DNA from: Gammaproteobacteria bacterium
GTDB lineage: Bacteria > Pseudomonadota > Gammaproteobacteria > G965277405
Reading direction: 5' to 3'
DNA: 64,000 nucleotides
Assembly (NCBI GenBank): GCA_965277405.1
Contig: OZ255726.1
Coordinates: 1,952,001 to 2,016,000 of the forward strand
The notes under the pieces were generated by a model, which searched no databases, was not told the DNA's origin, and saw only the letters and a program-made list of their open reading frames with translations. The position numbers and the translations under genes were made by a program. Shown in pieces: positions 10,204-20,082 of the stretch (position 1 is its first letter; every line of letters starts with the position of its first letter).

Positions 10204-10949
10204 AAATAGTTTGCGCGCTGTCGCTGGCGTTACACCCGCGTTCAAAGCAGTTAATGCCGTCGCCAAACGATATCCAAGCCTGCGCGTTGGCGTTGCAAAT
10301 GACCAACGCAGCCAACATCAGCTATTTTCACGTAGGTCCTGACTCAGCAGCGTTGCGAGATTATTTTGGGTTTGGTATTCACGCTATTAGCCATTGCACA
10401 GCTGATGATGCGGTAGTCGCCGCTGCAATTGCTGCATATGTTAGCAAACAAGGTGCGAATATGTTGGTAACAGGTTACCGAGGCATGCAGCATCTTGGCA
10501 CAGGCATGCTGCCGTATACAGTAGCGCAACAACTCCAATGGCCGATGATTGCTGCGGCATTAGAGATTACAGCTGGCAACGTATTGCAATACTTGCCGTC
10601 AGGGAGCAGACGGGTAGTTTCACTGCCACAGCATGCAGTATTGAGCGTGCATAACGCCTCGCCACTTGCCCTACATTTTGCGGCTGGAAAAGTTGGTGTT
10701 TCTGAAAACAAAATACATAAATTTACATATACTGGTACGGCAGACCAGCTTGATAAATTGGTTTGGAATACCTTAGACACTAAGTTCGTGCGGCGTCGCC
10801 TCACGATTCAATCGAGTAAAAAAGGACACGAGCGCATGCTGCAGGCAGTTGGGGTAACAAGCAAAAAAGGAGAGATTATCCGCGATGGTAGTGCTTTGGA
10901 AAAAGCACAAATTATTCTTGATATATTAGCCAAAAAACGGTTGCGATGA
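10200..10949 (+). CDS. etfB: Electron transfer flavoprotein beta subunit (divergent FixA family)
   Basis: Directly after the ETF alpha gene; ALRDYFGFG and G.GMLPY..A..L.WP motifs of DMG-associated ETF beta. Confidence 0.75.
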   Translation: MKIVCALSLALHPRSKQLMPSPNDIQACALALQMTNAANISYFHVGPDSAALRDYFGFGIHAISHCTADDAVVAAAIAAYVSKQGANMLVTGYRGMQHLGTGMLPYTVAQQLQWPMIAAALEITAGNVLQYLPSGSRRVVSLPQHAVLSVHNASPLALHFAAGKVGVSENKIHKFTYTGTADQLDKLVWNTLDTKFVRRRLTIQSSKKGHERMLQAVGVTSKKGEIIRDGSALEKAQIILDILAKKRLR

Positions 10950-10985
10950 TGAAGAATCAAAACAGATGATGAAGAATCAAAACAG
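10945..10985. repeat. 20-bp tandem duplication (GATGATGAAGAATCAAAACA x2)
   Basis: Read directly from the sequence. Confidence 0.9.
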
Positions 10986-11039
10986 CAGCCTAGCTACAAC
11001 TACATGTCTTATACAACCGTATAATGGTAAGGGAACACT

Positions 11040-12287
11040 ATGAAATATTCATGGGCAAGTTTGCTCAAAGCAGGAATTATTGGTCAACGAGCATGGAAAA
11101 TGGCTTGGGGAAACCCTGCGTTAAAACCAGAATACGATGTAGTTATTATAGGTGGCGGTGGGCATGGGCTGGCGAGCGCGTATTACCTCGCACGCGATTT
11201 TCCTGATAAAAAAATAGCAGTACTTGAAAAAAGCTGGATTGGTGGCGGCAATACTGGGCGGAATACCACGATTGTGCGTTCAAATTATTTAATGGACGCA
11301 TCTGCACGGCTGTATAATCATTCACTCAAGCTGTATACAGGGCTTTCGCAAGAACTGGGGTTTAACATTATGTTCAGCCAACGCGGCGTCTATAACCTTG
11401 CACATAGTTTGCCAGATATGCGTGAGATGGAACGCCGTGCCAATGCCTGTTGGCTGAATGGAATTAATGTTGAATTGCTAACACCAGCAGAGCTTAAAAA
11501 TCGCGTGCCAATTATCGATATCAGCGCCAATATGCGCTATCCAATTCTTGGCACGCTATACCAAGGAGATGGTGGTATAGCTCGTCATGATGCGGTTGCA
11601 TGGGGTCTGGCACACGGTGCTGCCAGGCTGGGGGTTGATATTATCCAAAACTGTGAAGTAACAGGGTTTGAGATTGAGGCTGGCAAAGTGAAAGGCGTGA
11701 AAACCAGCTTAGGTTATGTCAAGACACCACAAATTGGTTGTGCGGTAGCGGGTCATTCGAGTGTTATCGCCGCAATGGCAGGGCTTAGATTGCCGATAGA
11801 AAGCCACTCATTACAAGCATTTGTCTCTGAACCAATGCAGCCTGTGCTGGATACGGTAATCATGTCAAACGCAGTGCACGGCTATATTAGTCAATCGGAT
11901 AAAGGCGATCTAGTGATTGGGGCGGGTATTGAAGCATATAACAGCTATACGCAACGCGGCGGACCACGAATTATTGAGCATTGCGCTGCGGCAATTTTGC
12001 AGTTATTCCCGATTTTTTCACGAGCAAGAATTAATAGGCAATGGGCTGGTATTGTTGATATTTGCCCTGATGCAAGCCCGATAATTAGTAAAACAAGTAT
12101 TGAAGGTTTGTATTTTAATTGCGGCTGGGGGACAGGTGGCTTTAAAGCAATACCTGGGTCTGGTCATGTATTTGCGCATACGATTGCCCAAGATGAACCG
12201 CACGAGCTTGCCCAACCATACCAACTTGATCGGTTCACATCTGGAGCGATTATTGATGAACATGGTGCAGCAGGCGTAGCACATTAA
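11040..12287 (+). CDS. soxB: Sarcosine oxidase beta subunit
   Basis: IIGGGGHGLASAYYLA, GGGNTGRNTTIVRSNY, NCGWGTGGFKA, C-terminal DEHGAAGVAH. Confidence 0.96.
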   Translation: MKYSWASLLKAGIIGQRAWKMAWGNPALKPEYDVVIIGGGGHGLASAYYLARDFPDKKIAVLEKSWIGGGNTGRNTTIVRSNYLMDASARLYNHSLKLYTGLSQELGFNIMFSQRGVYNLAHSLPDMREMERRANACWLNGINVELLTPAELKNRVPIIDISANMRYPILGTLYQGDGGIARHDAVAWGLAHGAARLGVDIIQNCEVTGFEIEAGKVKGVKTSLGYVKTPQIGCAVAGHSSVIAAMAGLRLPIESHSLQAFVSEPMQPVLDTVIMSNAVHGYISQSDKGDLVIGAGIEAYNSYTQRGGPRIIEHCAAAILQLFPIFSRARINRQWAGIVDICPDASPIISKTSIEGLYFNCGWGTGGFKAIPGSGHVFAHTIAQDEPHELAQPYQLDRFTSGAIIDEHGAAGVAH

Positions 12288-12313
12288 ATCAGCGAGCTAA
12301 CTTTAAGGACAAC

Positions 12314-12604
12314 ATGATGTTAAAAATACGATGCCCATATTGCAACGAAGAGCGTGAAGAAAAAGACTTTGCGTATGCTGGAGAAGCTTTTATTCAGCGC
12401 CCTGTTGACCCTGTTGATCAAAACAATATTGCTGATCAGCAATGGGGTGCATATCTATTCCAACGAGAAAACCCGCAAGGCAATATCCATGAGCAATGGA
12501 TACACAATACTGGCTGCCGTAAAATGTTTGTGGTAACGAGAAGCACAATAGATAACGCTATTAAACAAGTAAGAAAATTTAGTGAGTGTGAGGAAGGCTT
12601 GTGA
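12314..12604 (+). CDS. soxD: Sarcosine oxidase delta subunit
   Basis: I.CPYC...REE..F.YAGEA, EQW.H..GC zinc ligands. Confidence 0.94.
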   Translation: MMLKIRCPYCNEEREEKDFAYAGEAFIQRPVDPVDQNNIADQQWGAYLFQRENPQGNIHEQWIHNTGCRKMFVVTRSTIDNAIKQVRKFSECEEGL

Positions 12605-15582
12605 AACGTTTGCCAAGACAACTCAACGAACGGCTGGATCGCACCCAGCCGCTTACATTTACCTGGCGAGATAAACGCTATCAAGCATTTGTAGGTGACA
12701 CACTCGCCTCGGCACTGCTTGCAAACAATATTAAAATAGTTGGACGGAGTTTTAAATATGGCAGGCATCGTGGAGTTTTGGATGCTGGAGTAGCAGAGCC
12801 AAATGCGCTGGCAACTATAGAAAACTATGGGTTTCACACCCCAAATGCGCGGGCAACAGAAGTCGAAATGTACGAACGCCTAGCCGCGCATCCAGCAACG
12901 GGCAAGCCTAGCTTACAATTTGACATTCGTGCGTTTATGGCGCCGTTTCATCGCTTCATGGCTGCAGGGTTTTATTACAAAACATTCAAATGGCCTGCAA
13001 GTCTATGGCCATGGTATGAAAAACGCTTGCGTTCATTTACTGGATTTTCTAAGGCCCCCGCATATCCTGATAGCGAAACATATGACCGCTTACACCACCA
13101 TGTGGATGTATTAGTCGTCGGGGCTGGCATTGCGGGGATTACAGCTGCGCTGGAATGCGCAGCGCAAGGTTGTCGCGTCTTGATACTAGAACACCGCAGT
13201 TACATTGGTGGTGAATGTTTGCTTGATGTGTCTACACAAGCTGATGTACGCAAAGCTTTTGCAACAAAATCAGCAGCATTGTATCAACATCAACATATCG
13301 AAGTATTGACAAGCACGACTGCGTATGCGCTATTTGATGCAAATTTAGTCCATGCGCTGGAATTACGCCACGCACATTTGCCGTTGATAGCGCGCAAAAA
13401 AAATCAATCGAGCCAGCGCGTACATAAAATCAGAGCGCAATATATTGTGTTGGCCGCCGGCGCCCATGAGCGACCAATGATGTTTGCCAACAATGATACC
13501 CCAGGCTCAATGCTTGTCAGCGCAGCCAGACGGTATGCGCATATGCATGCAGTACTCGTTGGTGATGCCCCAGTTATTTATGGCAATAATGACAGTATTT
13601 ATGCTGCGGCAAAAGACTTTATGACCATGAATGTCATCCCGATAGTGATCGATGTGCGGACAGGGTATGACGCGCATGAAATCGAAGAGCAAGGTGCCGT
13701 CGTTTGGCAAGGGTATGCGATAACTGGGATTAAACGTGCGCAACATGCGGTGGCCGGAATACGCGTTTCACAGATAGAATTTGATGGTGATTCCTGGAAC
13801 ATAAACCACAGCGCACACCACAACATTCCGTGTAATGTTCTCTTACATTCTGGTGGTTTTAACCCTGTTGTCCACCTTGACTGCCATACTGGGAGCAAGC
13901 CGGTGTACGACGCGCAGATCCGCGCGTTTGTACCTACTAATGATAGCGCAGACCGCTGCGTAACTGGTAGCGCCAATGGCTTGAGTGATTGGCGTCAATG
14001 TATGGATGATGGCAGCAATGCTGCGCGCAAAGCATTGACAATGCTCGGCAAACATCCTAGTAGGGCAAAAAGTATACATAGAACAACGTTGAACGTTGCC
14101 GATTTTATATACAGCGGCAAGAATAAAAACATCTTCGTCGATATGCAAAACGACGTCACAGTCGACGATATGAAATTAGCAATTCGCGAAAACTATCAAT
14201 CAATCGAGCATATTAAACGCTATACAACGCTCGGTTTTGGCACAGATCAAGGTAAAACAGGGAATGTAAACGGGGTGGCAATCGCTGCGGATACGCAAGG
14301 ATTGTCAATGAGTGAAATTGGCACGACAACGTTTCGACCGAATTATACACCTGTAGCGCTTGGGGCACTTGCAGCAGAAGATGCCACCGAATTGTTCGCC
14401 CCATCACGCCTAACACCAATCCACGAATGGCATATGCAATTGCCAGTGGAATGGGAAAACGTCGGACAATGGAAACGCCCATTTTGTTATCCACAACCAG
14501 GAGAAACGCAACACGATGCTGTGCAGCGTGAATGCATGGCGCTGAGGACCGGCGTGGCAATGACCGACGCGTCAACGCTTGGGAAAATAACTATATTCGG
14601 CCCCGATGCCCGCGAGTTGCTGGCGCGAGTATATACCAATAATTGGGCGAAACTTGCGCCTGGAAGTTGTCGGTATGGGGTGATGTGCGATGAAAATGGT
14701 ATGATTTTTGATGATGGTGTCACCTCGTGCATCGATGATGAGCATTTTATCATGACAACCACAACTGGTGGCGCATTGCATGTTTTTCTATGGTTAGAAT
14801 CTTGGTTGCAGCAACAATGGTCAGAATTACAAGTATACGTGACCAGTGCAACGGATCATTGGTCCACTATCGGGCTGGGTGGTCCAAAATCGCGCAAAGT
14901 CATCCAAAAAGTATGTGATGACATCGATTTTAGTCCTGAAAAATTTTCTTTTATGCAGTGGCGTCAAGGGACTGTTGCCGGCGTTGCTGCACGGGTGATG
15001 CAGATTAGTTTCTCTGGTGAGTTGACGTATGAAGTGAACGTGCAAGCAAATTACGCCCGTGGCGTATGGGAAGCAATATACGCAGCTGCTGAAGAATTTG
15101 CAGTAACAAGCTATGGCACAGAGGCGGCACACGTGCTGCGTGCGGAAAAAGGCTTTGTCATTGTTGGGCAAGATACAGACGGAACAGCGACACCATTCGA
15201 CATGAACATGGGCTGGGCTGTGAATATGAATAAGCCATACCCGTTTCTTGGGCAACGCTCATTGATGCGCAGCGACACGGCAAGAACAGGCCGCAAGCAG
15301 CTGGTTGGATTATTGCCAAACAACGAAACAACAGTTGTGCCTGAAGGCGCACAACTTGTCAACGGCGCATTTGGCAATGCGATGATTGGGCATGTAACGT
15401 CAAGTTATTACAGCGCAATTCTTGGTCATCCTATTGCACTGGCAATGGTGGCAGATGGGCTTGAGCGCATAGGAGATACCGTGTATGCGCGGCATATTGG
15501 TTCAGAAAACCCAGTCGCCATGACACTGGTAGATTCGGTATTTTACGATAAAAATCGGGAGCGCATCAATGGTGAAGTTTGA
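12601..15582 (+). CDS. soxA: Sarcosine oxidase alpha subunit
   Basis: GDTLASALLAN..RSFKY, AAGFYYKTF, KRYTTLGFGTDQGKT, and a C-terminal GcvT-like folate-binding domain. GTG start. Confidence 0.96.
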   Translation: MKRLPRQLNERLDRTQPLTFTWRDKRYQAFVGDTLASALLANNIKIVGRSFKYGRHRGVLDAGVAEPNALATIENYGFHTPNARATEVEMYERLAAHPATGKPSLQFDIRAFMAPFHRFMAAGFYYKTFKWPASLWPWYEKRLRSFTGFSKAPAYPDSETYDRLHHHVDVLVVGAGIAGITAALECAAQGCRVLILEHRSYIGGECLLDVSTQADVRKAFATKSAALYQHQHIEVLTSTTAYALFDANLVHALELRHAHLPLIARKKNQSSQRVHKIRAQYIVLAAGAHERPMMFANNDTPGSMLVSAARRYAHMHAVLVGDAPVIYGNNDSIYAAAKDFMTMNVIPIVIDVRTGYDAHEIEEQGAVVWQGYAITGIKRAQHAVAGIRVSQIEFDGDSWNINHSAHHNIPCNVLLHSGGFNPVVHLDCHTGSKPVYDAQIRAFVPTNDSADRCVTGSANGLSDWRQCMDDGSNAARKALTMLGKHPSRAKSIHRTTLNVADFIYSGKNKNIFVDMQNDVTVDDMKLAIRENYQSIEHIKRYTTLGFGTDQGKTGNVNGVAIAADTQGLSMSEIGTTTFRPNYTPVALGALAAEDATELFAPSRLTPIHEWHMQLPVEWENVGQWKRPFCYPQPGETQHDAVQRECMALRTGVAMTDASTLGKITIFGPDARELLARVYTNNWAKLAPGSCRYGVMCDENGMIFDDGVTSCIDDEHFIMTTTTGGALHVFLWLESWLQQQWSELQVYVTSATDHWSTIGLGGPKSRKVIQKVCDDIDFSPEKFSFMQWRQGTVAGVAARVMQISFSGELTYEVNVQANYARGVWEAIYAAAEEFAVTSYGTEAAHVLRAEKGFVIVGQDTDGTATPFDMNMGWAVNMNKPYPFLGQRSLMRSDTARTGRKQLVGLLPNNETTVVPEGAQLVNGAFGNAMIGHVTSSYYSAILGHPIALAMVADGLERIGDTVYARHIGSENPVAMTLVDSVFYDKNRERINGEV

Positions 15583-16129
15583 AACCGCATTTGAACACGC
15601 ACAATTAGAGACGCTCAATAACAAGTCATTTAACCTAGTTGAATTGCGCGATATTGGGACAATTGTTATCCGCGTTCAGCCTGAGGATGTTGCAGCAGCT
15701 CAAGTTCTGCAAGTTGAGAACATGCAGCTACCAAAACCGCTCCAAGTCACAGGAACTATGGACAGCGTGTTGACGATGTGGCTTGGTCCTGACGAATATC
15801 TGGCGCTATTGCCGCGTGTCGCCGTCGATACCATGATGACCACCTTAAATACTGGGTTTAAAGGCATGTTCGCCCACGCTATTGATAATTCTGGCACATT
15901 TGCGCTGTTGCAGTTGAGTGGTAAAAAGCTACTAGAAGTTTTGCGCAAGCATATCCAATATGATGTAGAGCGCGGTTTTCCAAGCGGCAAAGTCATTACT
16001 ACCCACTGGGGCAGTGCTGCAATTATTGTTCATCGCATCGATGCAAATACCATTGTATGGATGGTGCGTTGGTCATTCGCCGATTACGCGTTGCGCTTAC
16101 TTGAACACGCGGTCCAAGAATATAAATAG
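15569..16129 (+). CDS. soxG: Sarcosine oxidase gamma subunit
   Basis: WLGPDEYL and VRWSFADY motifs; position after soxA. Confidence 0.9.
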   Translation: MVKFETAFEHAQLETLNNKSFNLVELRDIGTIVIRVQPEDVAAAQVLQVENMQLPKPLQVTGTMDSVLTMWLGPDEYLALLPRVAVDTMMTTLNTGFKGMFAHAIDNSGTFALLQLSGKKLLEVLRKHIQYDVERGFPSGKVITTHWGSAAIIVHRIDANTIVWMVRWSFADYALRLLEHAVQEYK

Positions 16130-16133
16130 CAGC

Positions 16134-16901
16134 ATGTTAACAACTGTGCGTGCTCCAGCTATAAAGCAACCAGAAGGCAAAGCGTATCTTGATACCGTCG
16201 TCATCGAAGCTCCACTTGAGATGCGGATCATTGATACTACTACTAATCTTGAGCATCGCCTCGCAGTGACGTTACGCACACCAGGCAATGACGCAGCGTT
16301 ACTGCTTGGATATTTACACAGCGAAGGCATTATTACCAACGTCGATAATGTCGTGATTGACCAGCCACAAGACCAGATAATCCGCGCACGGCTGCCCCAT
16401 GATGCAGTATTTAAGGCAGGGCTGGTGCAACGGCGCGGCTATATGCACGGTGGCTGTGGCGTGTGTGGCAAAACAATGCTTGAGGGAATAATGTTGCAGC
16501 CGCGGCAGGAGATGCACGCAAAAGTGCAATATGACCAACACTGGCAACACGTGATTGAAAAGGCAATCCACCAACAGCTGTTATTCAGCAAAACCGGCGG
16601 CACCCATGCCGTAGCGTTGTTCGATACAAACAAACAGCTGCTGACATTGCAAGAAGACGTTGGCAGACATAATGCGTTTGACAAAGCCGTTGGTGAACAA
16701 TTGCTCACGCATGCATCGGCAACTGTTGCCTGGGTAAGTGCCCGCGCTGGGTTTGAGTTGGTGCAAAAGTCGGTTATGGCAGGAATATCTATGCTCGTCG
16801 CTGTAGGCGCGACAACTTCTTTTGCATTAGAGCTTGCAGAGGAGTATAATATGACAATCGTGGCTTTTGCCCGAGATACAGCAGCGAATATATACGGTTA
16901 G
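16134..16901 (+). CDS. fdhD: Formate dehydrogenase accessory sulfurtransferase FdhD
   Basis: E.PL...LRTPG, GCGVCGK, TGGTHAVALF, EDVGRHNAFDK. ATG at 16134. Confidence 0.92.
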   Translation: MLTTVRAPAIKQPEGKAYLDTVVIEAPLEMRIIDTTTNLEHRLAVTLRTPGNDAALLLGYLHSEGIITNVDNVVIDQPQDQIIRARLPHDAVFKAGLVQRRGYMHGGCGVCGKTMLEGIMLQPRQEMHAKVQYDQHWQHVIEKAIHQQLLFSKTGGTHAVALFDTNKQLLTLQEDVGRHNAFDKAVGEQLLTHASATVAWVSARAGFELVQKSVMAGISMLVAVGATTSFALELAEEYNMTIVAFARDTAANIYG

Positions 16902-17081
16902 TTTTGTTCAACGCAAACGGTCAAGGGGAGTATAACAGACAATAAATAACGCTCGTATTGCGGAATTCCTCAACGAGCACGGCTTGCTCAATAATAGATT
17001 GGACCGACGCAATTTGTTTTGACAAACTTTTTTTATAAGCGGTGCAGAATACATAGCTATTAGGAACTGTTAGGAACTGTA

Positions 17082-17471
17082 ATGAAGGTAAGAACATTTG
17101 AGAACAGTATTCGGCTACGCTTAAAAGTAGATGAAGTTCGTAGACTATGCGAATTGCAAACAGTTGCAGCCGCGCTGCATTTTTGTGAAGGTAGCGATCA
17201 CAGCAAGTTGATATTCACTTTAACAGCCAGCTTAAATGCTGGCGCAGCAGTGCGTTTTAGCAATGCAACAGTTGCGATGGCTATTCCAAGTGCCGATATC
17301 GCAGGTTGGTTGGCAAATCAAACAGTCGGTTTTACCTATAGCGTTGGTAGCGTCCATCCCCTTGAGTTGATTGTTGAAAAAGACTTCCCCTGCCTTGCTG
17401 ATATACCGCAGCGCAAGCCCAGCGAAGATGCAGATTCATTTGCGCGTATTTCGCCAGGAGCAGTAGATTAA
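17082..17471 (+). CDS. Conserved hypothetical protein (MK.R...NS.RLRL ... VEKDF.CL type)
   Basis: Clean 129-aa ORF with RBS-like AGGA, inside the FDH/Moco cluster. Confidence 0.65.
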   Translation: MKVRTFENSIRLRLKVDEVRRLCELQTVAAALHFCEGSDHSKLIFTLTASLNAGAAVRFSNATVAMAIPSADIAGWLANQTVGFTYSVGSVHPLELIVEKDFPCLADIPQRKPSEDADSFARISPGAVD

Positions 17472-17526
17472 TTCCTTATGCAAGAAACGCCATCATTATG
17501 CGGCTGGTGCGATACCAGTTGCAATA

Positions 17527-18084
17527 TTGGTTGGTGGATATTCAACACGGATGGGCAAGGATAAAAGCACCATGTGTTTTATGAACATACCGCAATATCA
17601 ACATTTACTGAACCAGTTTGACGCGCGCTACGATGTTTGGCTGATTGGCAGAGCTGAGCAACGTGGGCAATATGACTACGGGCAATTTACTCTTGATGAT
17701 CCAGCGTATTGTGGACCGTTGGCAGGTGTGGTCGCCGCCTTAAAAATGGCGCAACGGCATCGATTAACGCAAGTTGCGATATTGGCGTGTGATCAACCAT
17801 TGGTGAATGAAGAAATGCTTGTATATTTATTTGATCAAGGGGGAAAGGCTGGTACAATAGCCTATCGGACAATCCAGCATATCGAACCTTTTCCCAGCAT
17901 TTGGCATACGAATGCCTTAACGGTTATTCAGGCACATCAAGGGAAATATACATTGCAGAAAATGCTGCGAAAATGTGCGGTGTATGGTGTCGAAGTAAAT
18001 AATTGGCAACACCATGTAAATATTAATACCTTAGATGAATTAGCAGTTTTCAAAGGTAACCAAGGGGTAGTTGCACATGAATGA
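17527..18084 (+). CDS. mobA: Molybdenum cofactor guanylyltransferase (start uncertain)
   Basis: (IL)VGGYSTRMGKDK, GPLAGV, LACDQP, NINTLDEL. Confidence 0.82.
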   Translation: MVGGYSTRMGKDKSTMCFMNIPQYQHLLNQFDARYDVWLIGRAEQRGQYDYGQFTLDDPAYCGPLAGVVAALKMAQRHRLTQVAILACDQPLVNEEMLVYLFDQGGKAGTIAYRTIQHIEPFPSIWHTNALTVIQAHQGKYTLQKMLRKCAVYGVEVNNWQHHVNINTLDELAVFKGNQGVVAHE

Positions 18085-18562
18085 TTCGTGGAATGTGGCA
18101 AAGTCACAGCAAATTATTGATAAGTGGCAAAATGAGCCTGGTGCCTTGCTGCCACTATTAACCGAGGTATTGGACACGTTTGGCTATGTCGATCGCCAAA
18201 TAATCCCACTGATTGCCAAGACTTTAAATATAGCAACTTCACAAGTGTATGGAACAATAACGTTCTATCATGAATTTCGCGACAGCGTGCCCCTCGCCAA
18301 GCACCTACAGGTTTGCTGCGCTGAGGCGTGTCAATCGATGGGTAGCAATGACTTAGTTTTGCATTTGCAGCAACGCGGGTTGACAATAGATAGTGACAAT
18401 AATCAACAAGAGATTACCGTTTCTAAAGTATATTGTCTTGGCAATTGCGCCTGTGCTCCAGCTGCGGTGTATCAGTCACAAGTATATGGTCGGGTGTCGA
18501 CGACACAACTTGATAGCTGGGTTGATGCACCGTTGCAACGGCAACAATTGGCGCGATCATGA
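18077..18562 (+). CDS. fdsG: NAD-dependent formate dehydrogenase gamma subunit (NuoE-like)
   Basis: PGALLPLL, TFYHEF, CCAEACQSMG, VYCLGNCACAP. Confidence 0.92.
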   Translation: MNDSWNVAKSQQIIDKWQNEPGALLPLLTEVLDTFGYVDRQIIPLIAKTLNIATSQVYGTITFYHEFRDSVPLAKHLQVCCAEACQSMGSNDLVLHLQQRGLTIDSDNNQQEITVSKVYCLGNCACAPAAVYQSQVYGRVSTTQLDSWVDAPLQRQQLARS

Positions 18563-20061
18563 ACATATTCATACCACAAGATACCTCAGCAAAATCCATG
18601 GGGGCAGACGCTGTAGCCGCAACAATTGCGCAAACATACCCTGCAGCAACGGTTATTCGCAATGGCTCACATGGCTGTGCATGGCTTGAACCATTGGTAG
18701 AAGTTGAGATAAACAGCGAGCGTCATGCATTTGCAAACATGGATGTTGCCAGTGTTGCCGCGCTGTTTAATGGTGATGTACTCGATACAAAACACGATAA
18801 ATATGTGGGTAAGACGCTCGAGCTTGAGTATTGGCAGCATCAAAATCGGCAAATATTCAAGCGTTGCGGTTGGATTGACCCGCTTAATTTTGATGCATGG
18901 CGGCAACTCGGTGGCGGGGCAGGTATTGCCAAAGCCTTGCAACAAACACCACAGGCAATCATTGACGAAGTCAAGGTGTCAGGACTGCGCGGTCGTGGTG
19001 GCGCAGGCTTTCCTACTGGCATTAAATGGCAGACAGTGCTCGATGCCCAAGCAACGCAAAAATACATTGTATGCAATGCCGATGAAGGTGATAGCGGCAC
19101 GTTTGCCGACCGGATGCTGATGGAAGGTGACCCGCTGACGTTGATTGAAGGAATGGCAATAGCCGGCATTGCCACGCAGGCAACGCAGGGATATATTTAT
19201 ATTCGTTCCGAATATCCGCTCGCCATTAAAATTTTTCAACAGGGCGTTGACCTCGCGCGCCAGCACGGATTATTAGGGGAGTATGACGATACGCATTCAT
19301 TTGATATAACAGTCCGCAGCGGTGCAGGGGCGTATATATGCGGAGAAGAAACATCATTGCTCGAAAGCCTCGAAGGCAAAGCAGGCACAATTCGTTTTAA
19401 GCCGCCAATCCCTGCAATGCAAGGTTTGTTTGGGATGCCAACGGTGATCAATAATGTCCTCACCTGCGCAGCAATTCCAGCTATCATCAGTGCTGGAGGA
19501 GCAGCGTATGCCAAACTTGGCACTGGCAGATCATTAGGAACGCTCGCGGTGCAACTTGCAGGCAATATTGCCCAAGGTGGGCTGTATGAAGTCGATTTTG
19601 GCATCTCGCTGGCGACCATGATTAACGATATTGGTAAAGGTACGTACACTGGAAAATCAGTGCGTGCAGTGCAAGTTGGTGGCCCGCTTGGAGCATATCT
19701 TCCTGCTGAAAAACTTGATTTGGCGATGGATTATGAAGTTTTTGCCGAGCAAGGCTTCATGCTCGGGCACGGCGGAGTAGTGGTGTTTGATGAAACTGTG
19801 GACATGCGTGCCCAAGCGCGTTTTGCCATGCAGTTTTGTGCAGATGAATCGTGTGGGAAATGTACCCCGTGTAGGATTGGCTCGACGCGTGGCGTCGAAC
19901 TTATCGACGCGTATAAAGTTGAAAAAAAACCACAGCACATCGAAGTGCTCAGAGAATTATGCGACACAATGATGAACACCTCATTGTGTGCAATGGGGGG
20001 GCTAACACCGATGCCGGTGTTGTCTGCGCTCGATGCATTTGCCGAAGATTTTGAAAAATAG
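18559..20061 (+). CDS. fdsB: NAD-dependent formate dehydrogenase beta subunit (NuoF-like)
   Basis: SGLRGRGGAGFPTG, CNADEGDSGTFADR, GAGAYICGEETSL, ESCGKCTPCRIG. Confidence 0.95.
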   Translation: MNIFIPQDTSAKSMGADAVAATIAQTYPAATVIRNGSHGCAWLEPLVEVEINSERHAFANMDVASVAALFNGDVLDTKHDKYVGKTLELEYWQHQNRQIFKRCGWIDPLNFDAWRQLGGGAGIAKALQQTPQAIIDEVKVSGLRGRGGAGFPTGIKWQTVLDAQATQKYIVCNADEGDSGTFADRMLMEGDPLTLIEGMAIAGIATQATQGYIYIRSEYPLAIKIFQQGVDLARQHGLLGEYDDTHSFDITVRSGAGAYICGEETSLLESLEGKAGTIRFKPPIPAMQGLFGMPTVINNVLTCAAIPAIISAGGAAYAKLGTGRSLGTLAVQLAGNIAQGGLYEVDFGISLATMINDIGKGTYTGKSVRAVQVGGPLGAYLPAEKLDLAMDYEVFAEQGFMLGHGGVVVFDETVDMRAQARFAMQFCADESCGKCTPCRIGSTRGVELIDAYKVEKKPQHIEVLRELCDTMMNTSLCAMGGLTPMPVLSALDAFAEDFEK

Positions 20062-20082
20062 CGTTGTATTAGGAGAAACAGC

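Noticed and set aside
16902-17081. Moco riboswitch upstream of hyp-mobA
   Set aside because: Only a simple hairpin (GCTCGT..ACGAGC); the conserved Moco motif elements are not recognisable.
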